Source: Planctomycetota bacterium
Lineage (GTDB): Bacteria; Planctomycetota; UBA1135
Length of the DNA: 64,000 nucleotides
Direction: 5' to 3'
NCBI GenBank assembly: GCA_045047305.1
Contig: JASFYO010000021.1
Location: forward strand, 32,001 to 96,000
Of this stretch, positions 19,162-28,239 are shown piece after piece. Position 1 is the first letter of the stretch. Each line of letters begins with the position of its first letter. Both the position numbers and the translations under genes were made by a program. The notes beneath the pieces are model-generated. The model did no database searches, was not told the DNA's origin, and saw nothing but the letters and a program-made list of their open reading frames with translations.

Positions 19162-21384
19162 ATGCTCCTCATCATCAGTCTTGGCCTAGCGCCACTCCTG
19201 TTTTCTCCATCCTTTCAGGAACCCGAAGAAGATCTTCAGGTCCCTGAGAGTGTCCTTCAGTCAGACGGCGAGTACTTCACACTTGACCTGAGCGAACTCG
19301 ATGAAGGCGGCTTAACGCTGCGCCAGTTCATCAAGATCTGTCAGCTCAACACTGGCCTGAACTTCACTTTGGATGAATCCAATTCCGCCAACGTGCGTCA
19401 GAAGTTAGATAATAAACGACTTCTGCTCTATGGAGAGAAACGCATTAAGAAAGAGGACTTCTACTCCTTCTTTCAAATCATGATGAAAATTCATGGGTTC
19501 GTTTGCGTCACGCAAGGATCTGGCGATCTTGAAGTGATTGTGATTACGGAACAACTGGCTTCGAATAACACATTGATTAAATCCAATGCTCTATTCATCA
19601 GCGAAGAAAAGGTGAAGGACTATGCGGACAAGCCTGGAACCTTCCTCTACACAGTAGTCCCGCTGAAGTACGCAGAAGCGCAAGACCTAGGAACCAACTT
19701 GCGGTCTGCGATTGGTGGTAACGTCGGCGACAACTCTTCCTTCATGCCGCTAACTCAAGAGCAAGCCTTGTTCATTCAAGGTTATGGCCCTTTTGTTGCT
19801 GCTGCCGTGCGCATGATCAAGATTCTAGATAAGAAGCCAGATTTGGTGCAGCCGGAATTCCGCAAGATTCCATTGCGTGAAACCAGTGCGGAAGAGCTTG
19901 CCGATATCCTGGTGGATTTGGTTGAGAATCTACAGGGACCTGAAACTAGATCTCCGAATACCAATCGTCGTTCGGGCGCCAACCCTACGGCACCGATTGA
20001 GACAAACATTGTTGCCTTTCCTCAAGACAACTCTTTGTTAGTCACTGCCGACCCGGAAATCATGAATAGGATTCTAGATTTAGTGGCGCAACTCGACACC
20101 AAAGTGCTGGAGCCGCAATCGAATTTCCATTTGTATGTATTGCAGTACCTCAGCGCAGCGGACCTAGATGAAGCGATTTCCCAATTCTTGCAACGTTCGG
20201 AAGATGAGGCTGAACGGGCAAGCAGAAATGCCTCGGGTGGAAGTAACTCCCGTTCGCGAGTCACTGAGCAGAAAATCATCGTGGAAATCCACGAGGAAAC
20301 AAACTCACTCCTTGTTACAGCAACCCGTTCCAAATGGGAAGAGCTGCGCACCTTGCTGGACCGCTTAGATCGCCGTCAACCACAAGTGTTGATTGAAACG
20401 GCCTTGATTGAAGTCAGTAACGATTTCTCGAGAGACATTGGCATTGAATATGCCAATGTGGAAACCCCAACTGGAAATACGCAAAAAGGTTTCGTCTTTA
20501 CTTCCGTGGGAATTACTTCAGGTGACACCATTGGCGGACCGCGCCTGCCGTCTCCAACCGCTGCTGGTCTAACCTTCGGTATCTTTGATGGAGCAGATCT
20601 TGGTATCCCTTTCATCATTCAAGCTGCGCAAGCCAACACCGACACCAACATCTTGTCGGTTCCATCCATCTTGGTTGCGAACAACAAGGGTGCTACAGTG
20701 ACATCGGAAGACGAGATTCCGTTCCAAACTTCAAACGCAGTGCAAGGTGCGGTTGCCAGCAATGTGGATTACACCACAGCTGGTATTACTCTGAATATCA
20801 CCCCTTCGATTTCGGCGCAGAAATACTTGCGGCTGTCGATTAAGCTCACGGTTTCTTCCTTCCGCGGCGAAGCCACTGGAACCCTTCCTCCGGCCAAGGC
20901 CACGCGGACCATTCAGACCAATGTAAACCTGCCTGATGGTGCCACCATGTGGCTCGGGGGCATCATTCGCGATGACATTACAGACAGCGAGAGTGGCATT
21001 CCTTACCTCTCAGACATTCCCCTGATTGGTGGCCTCTTTGGGCGTAACACGAAGAGCAATGTGAAAACAACATTGTTCTTTTTCTGCACGCCTACAATCC
21101 TCGAAGACTTCAACGAACTTGATGACATTTCCAAGGATGGAAAAGCGCGCGCTGCGGCAACCATTGGTTTGGAAAGGGTACGCATGATTGATCCTGACTA
21201 TCAATACGATAGCCCTGTAGACATCATTTTAGAATCCGATAACGACCAAGATGGTAGTCCTGACTTTGGTTCGCTGAACCTATCCGGTTTCGCAGCACCA
21301 AGATACCAGGGTTCCGGTGGAGTCCTGAATGATGGATCTGCGGTTGGATCCAATCGTTTCCTGCCAGTCCAGAACAACAAGTGA
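19162..21384 (+). CDS. gspD: Type II secretion secretin
   Basis: Signal peptide, N-domain repeats (NSLLVTA), PQVLIETALIEV, LSVPSIL, GITLNITP, GIPYLSDIPLIGGLF. Confidence 0.92.
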   Translation: MLLIISLGLAPLLFSPSFQEPEEDLQVPESVLQSDGEYFTLDLSELDEGGLTLRQFIKICQLNTGLNFTLDESNSANVRQKLDNKRLLLYGEKRIKKEDFYSFFQIMMKIHGFVCVTQGSGDLEVIVITEQLASNNTLIKSNALFISEEKVKDYADKPGTFLYTVVPLKYAEAQDLGTNLRSAIGGNVGDNSSFMPLTQEQALFIQGYGPFVAAAVRMIKILDKKPDLVQPEFRKIPLRETSAEELADILVDLVENLQGPETRSPNTNRRSGANPTAPIETNIVAFPQDNSLLVTADPEIMNRILDLVAQLDTKVLEPQSNFHLYVLQYLSAADLDEAISQFLQRSEDEAERASRNASGGSNSRSRVTEQKIIVEIHEETNSLLVTATRSKWEELRTLLDRLDRRQPQVLIETALIEVSNDFSRDIGIEYANVETPTGNTQKGFVFTSVGITSGDTIGGPRLPSPTAAGLTFGIFDGADLGIPFIIQAAQANTDTNILSVPSILVANNKGATVTSEDEIPFQTSNAVQGAVASNVDYTTAGITLNITPSISAQKYLRLSIKLTVSSFRGEATGTLPPAKATRTIQTNVNLPDGATMWLGGIIRDDITDSESGIPYLSDIPLIGGLFGRNTKSNVKTTLFFFCTPTILEDFNELDDISKDGKARAAATIGLERVRMIDPDYQYDSPVDIILESDNDQDGSPDFGSLNLSGFAAPRYQGSGGVLNDGSAVGSNRFLPVQNNK

Positions 21385-23108
21385 GCAGCGAACCCCTGAC
21401 TTCGCCTCCCGATTTGCTCGGTATTCTTGCAAAAGAAACCGGGCAGGACCCTATCGAGTTGCGCAAATTGCGTGATCAGGCCTCTTCTAGCGGTCAAACT
21501 CTCGATCGGGTACTTCTGACCCGGGGACTTGATGAAGCTTCCGTTTTGCGCGCTTTCGCGGAAGACTTGGAAATGGAATTCCTTGAGGACTTTCAAGGTG
21601 TTCAAGTCCCGAAAGCCTTCGTCGACCGTGTCCCCCTATCCTTTGCGCGGGCACACAACATGGTAGGGATGGCCATGGAAGGGTCGGAATTGGTGGTTGC
21701 ATGCGCCCACCCACTCGACATACATCCACAGGACGATCTCATTGCTATGGTCCCATGCAGCGTTCGCTTTGCATTGGCTACCAAGGCAGATATTACCGAA
21801 CTGGTAAACCGAGCCTTTCGCCACCGTGCAGATGGCGTCGATGATGCGCTGGATGACCTAGAAGGCGCCGATATTGTAGGACTCGCTGCTGAAATTGATG
21901 AAAGTGAAGACCTGCTTGATGTGGCCAATAAGGCGCCCATCATCAAGCTAGTCAACTCTGTATTGTTCCAGGCGTTGAAACTGCGCGCATCCGATGTGCA
22001 CTTCCAACCCTACACCGACCGCATGCAGGTCCGCTTCCGCATCGACGGCATTCTCTACGATATGGAAGGCATTCCTAAAAAAGCCCAAGATGCCATCACT
22101 TCGCGTATTAAGGTGATGGGCAAAATGGATATCGCGGAACGTCGGCTTCCTCAAGACGGGCGCGCATCCATTCGCATTGGCGATGGCGAGGTCGACGTGC
22201 GGATTTCGGTAGTGCCTACCGCAGAAGGAGAACGCTGCGTGTTACGTCTACTTGACAAAACCGCCCGCTCTTACGATTTGCAGCACATCGGGTTGGACGA
22301 AGAAAACCTGAAGACACTGAAGCATTACTTGAATTTCCCCCATGGCATCATCTTGGTCACGGGGCCTACGGGGTCAGGGAAAACCACCACGCTATACGGT
22401 GGCCTGACTGAGATCAGTACGGGTGAAAAAAATATTCTGACGATTGAGGATCCCGTCGAGTATCAACTCGACGGGATCTCGCAGGTGCAGGTGAACGTTA
22501 AAAAAGGACTGACCTTCGCGGCAGGTTTGCGTTCCTTCTTACGTCAAGATCCAGATGTAATGATGGTTGGTGAAATCCGCGACCTCGAAACGGCAGAAAT
22601 TGCCATTCGAGCGGCAATCACCGGGCACCTAGTGTTCTCTACCGTGCACACCAATGACGCCCCAAGCACGGTAACTCGTCTTATCGACCTGGGTCTAGAG
22701 TCTTACTTGGTCTCCTCGTCTTTGGTGCTAGTTGTGGCACAGCGTTTGGTGCGAACCTTGTGTCAAACTTGCATTACCTGGATAGAACCAGACGAACAAC
22801 AAATTGCAACTTTGCGCGCCGTTGGTATCGACCGCGAATTGTTAAAGGATGGGAAATTCGCCCATTCCCCAGGATGCGAGGACTGCTTCCATTCCGGATA
22901 CCAAGGCAGAACGGCTATCTATGAACTTTTGCCAATGACAGAAACCATGCGTGAGTTGGTCATGAACAATGTCTCTGCAGCAGAACTCAAACGTGCTGCG
23001 ATTCAAGGTGGCATGCGGACTTTACGCCAAGACGGCATGCTAAAAGTCATTGCCGGTGAAACTTCTCCGGAAGAAATCATGCGTGTGACTCAGTTGGACA
23101 TCATCTAG
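21381..23108 (+). CDS. gspE: Type II secretion ATPase
   Basis: RASDVH, MDIAERRLPQDGR, GPTGSGKTTT, TIEDPVEY, LRQDPD, tetracysteine motif; GTGA overlap with gspD. Confidence 0.96.
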   Translation: MSSEPLTSPPDLLGILAKETGQDPIELRKLRDQASSSGQTLDRVLLTRGLDEASVLRAFAEDLEMEFLEDFQGVQVPKAFVDRVPLSFARAHNMVGMAMEGSELVVACAHPLDIHPQDDLIAMVPCSVRFALATKADITELVNRAFRHRADGVDDALDDLEGADIVGLAAEIDESEDLLDVANKAPIIKLVNSVLFQALKLRASDVHFQPYTDRMQVRFRIDGILYDMEGIPKKAQDAITSRIKVMGKMDIAERRLPQDGRASIRIGDGEVDVRISVVPTAEGERCVLRLLDKTARSYDLQHIGLDEENLKTLKHYLNFPHGIILVTGPTGSGKTTTLYGGLTEISTGEKNILTIEDPVEYQLDGISQVQVNVKKGLTFAAGLRSFLRQDPDVMMVGEIRDLETAEIAIRAAITGHLVFSTVHTNDAPSTVTRLIDLGLESYLVSSSLVLVVAQRLVRTLCQTCITWIEPDEQQIATLRAVGIDRELLKDGKFAHSPGCEDCFHSGYQGRTAIYELLPMTETMRELVMNNVSAAELKRAAIQGGMRTLRQDGMLKVIAGETSPEEIMRVTQLDII

Positions 23109-23126
23109 TCCTTTAGGGGACCGAAA

Positions 23127-24425
23127 ATGCCGGTTTACGAGTGGAAAGGATTTAACAGCAAAGGCAAGAAAGCCTCTGGTGTCATTGACGCTGATTCCCC
23201 ACGCGATGCGCGGGCGAAGTGCAAACGGCAGGGCATGCTAGTCACGGGCTTGGTAGAAATTCGTGCGGGAAGGAAAAAACGCACTGCCATGGTCTCGGCT
23301 TCCAAGGCCGGGCGCAAAGAGAACAAGCAACTTGCTCGATTCAAAAAAAGCATAGAATCTGCACGTGGCCGCAAAGAAGGCGGAATACGAAGTAAAGGGC
23401 GTACCGATGAGGTCGCAACTTTTACTCGTCAACTCGCCACCTTGACCAAGGCCGGCATTCCGATTACAGAAGCTCTGCGCGCGATCATTGAACAAACAGA
23501 AAATAAACGTCTAAACATTCTTTATCGTGATATTCGTGAGCAGATTTCGCAAGGAACGCCGACGGCAGACGCATTGGCATCTCACCCGGATTACTTTGAT
23601 TCCCTCAACGTATCGATGGTTCGCGCAGGTGAGGCCTCGGGGCATTTAGATTCCGTTCTGTTGAAGATGTCCAATTTCATGCAAGAACAGAGCAAAGTCC
23701 GAAACAAAGTGCAGGCTGCCATGATGTACCCCATGGTAATGCTATTGGTTGGCTTTGGCGTCATTGGGCTATTGATTGGTTTTGTAGTACCAAAAATCAC
23801 TTTGATGCTGGAGAGCCAAGGAAGTGAACTTCCCCTCCCAACCCGGATATTGCAGGGCACTTCCGATTTCTTAATCGGATACTGGTGGGTTCTTTTTATT
23901 GTGATTATTTTCGCGTCACTCGGGTTTAACCTCTTCTATTCTTCCGACAAGGGTCGCCTTTCTGTAGACACGAAAATGCTGAAACTACCCATCTTTGGTG
24001 ACTTGCTCAAGAAACAGGCTATCGCACGATTTGCACAAACTTTCGCCACACTTCTCTCTTCTGGAGTACCTGTAGTACGTTGTTTGGAAGTAAACCGCAC
24101 CGTGCTCGGCAACCGTCTCATGGAAAACACCATCGATGATGTGCGCAAGAAAATTATTGAAGGGGCAGACATCGCTGGACCGATTAAAGCGTCGGGGGTG
24201 TTTCCGCCCCTACTCGGTTACATGATTGCAGTGGGCGAACAATCCGGAGAGCTCGATTCCATGATGCAACAGATTGGTGATACTTACCAAGACGAAGTGG
24301 AAATCGCGACGCAAAAACTAACTTCCCTCATTGAACCAGTCCTAATCCTAGTGTTAGCGGTTATGGTCGGGTTCATCATCATGGCCATCTTGTGGCCGGT
24401 CCTACAAATGACCTCAAACTTTTAG
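23127..24425 (+). CDS. gspF: Type II secretion inner-membrane platform protein
   Basis: FTRQLATL..AG, AGEASGHL, YP, VGEQSGEL, EP motifs. Confidence 0.95.
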   Translation: MPVYEWKGFNSKGKKASGVIDADSPRDARAKCKRQGMLVTGLVEIRAGRKKRTAMVSASKAGRKENKQLARFKKSIESARGRKEGGIRSKGRTDEVATFTRQLATLTKAGIPITEALRAIIEQTENKRLNILYRDIREQISQGTPTADALASHPDYFDSLNVSMVRAGEASGHLDSVLLKMSNFMQEQSKVRNKVQAAMMYPMVMLLVGFGVIGLLIGFVVPKITLMLESQGSELPLPTRILQGTSDFLIGYWWVLFIVIIFASLGFNLFYSSDKGRLSVDTKMLKLPIFGDLLKKQAIARFAQTFATLLSSGVPVVRCLEVNRTVLGNRLMENTIDDVRKKIIEGADIAGPIKASGVFPPLLGYMIAVGEQSGELDSMMQQIGDTYQDEVEIATQKLTSLIEPVLILVLAVMVGFIIMAILWPVLQMTSNF

Positions 24426-24427
24426 AC

Positions 24428-24841
24428 ATGAAAATCCAAACAAAACTTAAAAAGCGCGCGGGCTTTACTCTCATCGAGATCATGGTGGTGGTCCTCATCA
24501 TCGGACTTTTGGTCAGTGTGGTTGGGCCTAACATTTGGAATGCATTGGTTAGCAGTCAAGCCAAAATCGCGGACACTCAAATTCGTTCGTTCCATGATGC
24601 CATGGATCACTATAAGTTAAGTAACTACACCTACCCAGACAGTTTGGAGGCCTTAACCGAACCGGACCCAGTGACCGGCAATCCAATCATTAAAACCATT
24701 CCTCTAGATCCTTGGCAGAATGAATATGTCTTGGACCAGGATGCTGATGGCAATCCCGTGATCACTTGTTATGGTGCCGATGGCGTGCCTGGCGGAGAGG
24801 GCGAGAACAAGGACATCTCTTCGGAAACTATAGGGATTTAG
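24428..24841 (+). CDS. gspG: Major pseudopilin
   Basis: G|FTLIEIMVV, LDPWQNEY, YGADGVPGGEGENKDI. Confidence 0.93.
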   Translation: MKIQTKLKKRAGFTLIEIMVVVLIIGLLVSVVGPNIWNALVSSQAKIADTQIRSFHDAMDHYKLSNYTYPDSLEALTEPDPVTGNPIIKTIPLDPWQNEYVLDQDADGNPVITCYGADGVPGGEGENKDISSETIGI

Positions 24842-24849
24842 AGGTTAGG

Positions 24850-25401
24850 ATGAGGGCAAGAAGAGGGCGTCAGGCCGGATTTTCTCTGATTGAGATTACT
24901 GCCGTGGTCATCCTCATTGCCCTTGTTGCAAGTGTTGCCATGACCCGCTTGGATGGAGTGCTTCCATCTACTCGTTCTGAATCCGCTGCACGTGAGGTTC
25001 TGGCAACCTTAGATTTTGCCCGCACCCAAGCTATCGCCAAGGCGCAGCCTTACGAAGTGGTTTTTGATTTTCCAGAACAACGCTACAGCATCCGAGTTCC
25101 GTTCGATTCCGAAGGTGTTTTAATTCCAAATCAAGAGGATCGGCCTTTGCTCTCTTGGCACCATTTTGAAAAGGGAGTTGAGATTCTGGGCATACTTGAC
25201 CCGCGTGGGGAAATCGTCAGAGACGGAATCTACGCCATTACATTTGATGACCAAGGCGCCTCTAGTGACGTCCATATATATATTGGACACACAGAAAACA
25301 AGGACTTTGAACTCACTCTACGGGTGCTTTCGCTCACTGGTATCGCAAGCGTATTTCAAGGACATCTGGAACCCGAATTTCTGGTGGAAAATGATTTTTA
25401 A
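24850..25401 (+). CDS. gspH: Minor pseudopilin, GspH-like
   Basis: G|FSLIE, LDFARTQAI; position after gspG. Confidence 0.75.
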   Translation: MRARRGRQAGFSLIEITAVVILIALVASVAMTRLDGVLPSTRSESAAREVLATLDFARTQAIAKAQPYEVVFDFPEQRYSIRVPFDSEGVLIPNQEDRPLLSWHHFEKGVEILGILDPRGEIVRDGIYAITFDDQGASSDVHIYIGHTENKDFELTLRVLSLTGIASVFQGHLEPEFLVENDF

Positions 25402-25957
25402 CCATCCGCCATCCGTGAAGCGGACATCCTCTGGCTTCACTCTAGTTGAGATTATGGCTGCTGTGACTTTACTAGCAATCATTTTCACCACGGTGATGCA
25501 AATCAAGGCTGGCTCTATCGCCAAGGCCACTCATGCACGAGCTTTATCGGTAGCATCACGCCTGGGGCTGGGACTGCAGCATCAGATCGAAGCTGGCATG
25601 GTCGCAGAACTTTATGATGGATACGAAGGCGACTTTTCCGAAGATGGATTCGGTGATTTCCATTACATCATTGGTCTCGGTGATGGCAGCGCGTATTCCT
25701 CGGCCTCAGACAATGAATCCGATTCAGAGGGGATTTGGAGGCGCTTTCGCCAGACAGAAGAGGAAGACCGTGACAAGGATGCTATGCAGCCAGAATTCAC
25801 TCGGGTATTTCTCACCGTAAGCTTCCCAGATGTTCGCCAACAAGGTGAGGAAGAATCATTTACTTTAGAGAGCCTGATTGACACTTGGGCTGTATATCAA
25901 GATTTCGAACTGTACCGCACCCTCTGGCCAGAGCTAATTGGCGAAACCATCGAATGA
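25391..25957 (+). CDS. gspI: Minor pseudopilin, GspI-like
   Basis: G|FTLVEIMAA; assignment to I is by position and size. Confidence 0.7.
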   Translation: MIFNHPPSVKRTSSGFTLVEIMAAVTLLAIIFTTVMQIKAGSIAKATHARALSVASRLGLGLQHQIEAGMVAELYDGYEGDFSEDGFGDFHYIIGLGDGSAYSSASDNESDSEGIWRRFRQTEEEDRDKDAMQPEFTRVFLTVSFPDVRQQGEEESFTLESLIDTWAVYQDFELYRTLWPELIGETIE

Positions 25958-26826
25958 AACGCGGCTTCACTCTTTTGGAGGTCATGATTTCATTGGCCAT
26001 CATGGGCATGGTCATGGCAACTGTGATGGAAACAGTGAATCAAACCCGGTCTGCGGTGGATGCGATTCATAATATCATGGAGACCGAAAATACTGGTCCG
26101 CGCATCCTCCAAACTATCCGCCAAGATTTAGAAGCACTCGCAATCTATGATGCTGCTGAGTACAAAGTTTTCAAAGGGGTAAATCAAACTCAAATGGGCG
26201 CCGAGGCTGATCGGATTGACCTTATCGTTAGAAAGAAGGGAACGGTTCCCGTAGATTTACCTACCCGAATGGAAACTGTTTTCGCCCCTTTCAATGAAGT
26301 GGGTTATCGATTGCGTCAAAACCCACTGCGACCGGATTTCCTCGAGCTTTATCGTCGCGAGGATTCTTTGGTGGATGAGGACCCCTTCCGTGACGGGACT
26401 TTTACTTTGGTCTATGACCGGATTATCAGCTTAGATATTCGCTACGCAGAAGAACCTGAAAACCAGATCGTGTGGCTCGATTCCTGGGACAGCTATGAGC
26501 GTGAAGGGCTCCCATTTGCAATTGAGATTTATCTGGAGATTGAAATCCAGCCACGGCGCTCCTTGGAAAGCCTTAACATTTTAGGTGCCAATTTAGCGCG
26601 TCTTGAATACACCGATGTCATTCATATTCCTGAAGAGACTAGGTGGCGTTTCAGGAATCGCCTACATCCAGAATTGCCCGGTGATACTGCCGATGACCCG
26701 GGTCAAGCTGTGGACCAGAACGGGAACCCCATAGATACGACCAATGGTTTAGGGAATGGGTCCGAATCCGGATCTGTATCCGGCACTGGGACCGATACTC
26801 GCGGTACTAACAGCCTTGGCGGTTAA
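25954..26826 (+). CDS. gspJ: Minor pseudopilin, GspJ-like
   Basis: G|FTLLEVMI, IRQDL, VGYRL, LYRRE, WLDSWD..LPFAIEI; ATGA overlap. Confidence 0.8.
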   Translation: MKRGFTLLEVMISLAIMGMVMATVMETVNQTRSAVDAIHNIMETENTGPRILQTIRQDLEALAIYDAAEYKVFKGVNQTQMGAEADRIDLIVRKKGTVPVDLPTRMETVFAPFNEVGYRLRQNPLRPDFLELYRREDSLVDEDPFRDGTFTLVYDRIISLDIRYAEEPENQIVWLDSWDSYEREGLPFAIEIYLEIEIQPRRSLESLNILGANLARLEYTDVIHIPEETRWRFRNRLHPELPGDTADDPGQAVDQNGNPIDTTNGLGNGSESGSVSGTGTDTRGTNSLGG

Positions 26827-26910
26827 GATGGAGGGAAACCTGATTTGTCCCAACATGGACGATCAGCAGTTGCCGATTAGTAGGTTTTAGGTTTATTTCG
26901 CTTTAAGCTC

Positions 26911-28197
26911 TTAATCACCCTGCTTCCCGCGCAGAAATGTTTCTCCGCCTAAGTAGGGTTGTAAAGCGACCGGCACACGAATGGAACCGTCAGCTTCTTG
27001 ATGGTTTTCCATGAAAGCGATTAAGACTCTCGGAGAAGCAATAACAGTGTTATTTAGTGAATGGCAGAACTGAGGCTTTCCCTTCCCTTCAGGACGGTAA
27101 CGTATGTTGAGGCGACGGGTCTGGAAATCATGGAAACGGGAAGCGGAGTGAGTTTCCCCATATGAATTCCGACTAGGCATCCATGTTTCGATATCAAATT
27201 TCTGAACTTGCCCTTGCCCAAGATCGCCGGTGCAAACATTGACTACACGATAGGGAAGCTCGAGTAGATCCATGAGATCTGTGGCATGCGCAAGCATCCG
27301 CTTATGCTCCTCAAGCGACCAGGCCTTATCGTTAGGACCAAGTACCACCTGTTCCACCTTCCAAAACTGATGGACACGGTAAAGGCCTTTGGTGTCCTTA
27401 CCGTAGGTGCCGGCTTCGCGACGATAACAAGGTGACAAGGCGACCCGTCGTAATGGTAGACGGTCAAAATCTAGAGTTTCATCCGAGTGAATGGAGGTCA
27501 ATGGCACCTCGGATGTGCCAACAAGAGCGAGGTCATCGCGCTCTACCAAATAGGCCTGCTCTTCCCCACCGGGGAAATACCCAGTGCCTTCCATACATGC
27601 ACGATTCACGAGTGTTGGCACGGAAACCATTTCAAAGCCACGTTGCTGCATGTGGTCGAGAGCTAAGTTGAGTACGGCTCGTTCCAAGCGTGCAGCGTCT
27701 CCCATTAATAGGTAGTTCCGTGATCCGGCGATTTTCACTCCGCGCTTGATATCAATGATGCCGAGTTTCTCCCCCAGGTCATCGTGAGTTTGGATCTCAA
27801 AATCCTTTTTAGGAATAGGACCAGAAATGAACATTTCCACATTGCCAGTGTCATCTCGGCCATCGGGAACATCCGAGGCCGGCGGCATGGGTAAGCGCAT
27901 GGCGAAATCATGAACGACTGCGCGCAACTCGTGCTCTTGTCTTTCTAAATCTTTAAGGGACGCTTTCTTTGCGCGCTGCTTGGTCAACGCAACGTCTCGC
28001 TCCGCAGGTTCCATTTTCCCCAAAGATGAGGAAGAATGTTTCAAATCGGCACGCAAACTTTCGACCTGCTGCAGCAAAGCCCGATAGTTGCGGTCATTTT
28101 CGAGGTAAGCGTCAACCACTGTTGGGTCAAAACGTTTACGTGTTGCAGCATCACGGACTTCGTCCGCATGCTCCCTTACCCATTTGGCATCAAGCAC
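26911..28197 (-). CDS. serS: Seryl-tRNA synthetase
   Basis: N-terminal coiled coil, GTSEVP, CYRREAG, RVHQFWKVE, DIETWMP, HSLNNT; GTG start. Confidence 0.97.
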   Translation of the reverse strand: MLDAKWVREHADEVRDAATRKRFDPTVVDAYLENDRNYRALLQQVESLRADLKHSSSSLGKMEPAERDVALTKQRAKKASLKDLERQEHELRAVVHDFAMRLPMPPASDVPDGRDDTGNVEMFISGPIPKKDFEIQTHDDLGEKLGIIDIKRGVKIAGSRNYLLMGDAARLERAVLNLALDHMQQRGFEMVSVPTLVNRACMEGTGYFPGGEEQAYLVERDDLALVGTSEVPLTSIHSDETLDFDRLPLRRVALSPCYRREAGTYGKDTKGLYRVHQFWKVEQVVLGPNDKAWSLEEHKRMLAHATDLMDLLELPYRVVNVCTGDLGQGQVQKFDIETWMPSRNSYGETHSASRFHDFQTRRLNIRYRPEGKGKPQFCHSLNNTVIASPRVLIAFMENHQEADGSIRVPVALQPYLGGETFLRGKQGD

Positions 28198-28239
28198 AGT
28201 TCTGGTGTTGGAATCGAAAGACTATTAGGAGGTGTAGGC

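Noticed and set aside
26827..26910. Intergenic gap checked for a tRNA or terminator
   Set aside because: No cloverleaf, T-loop or convincing stem
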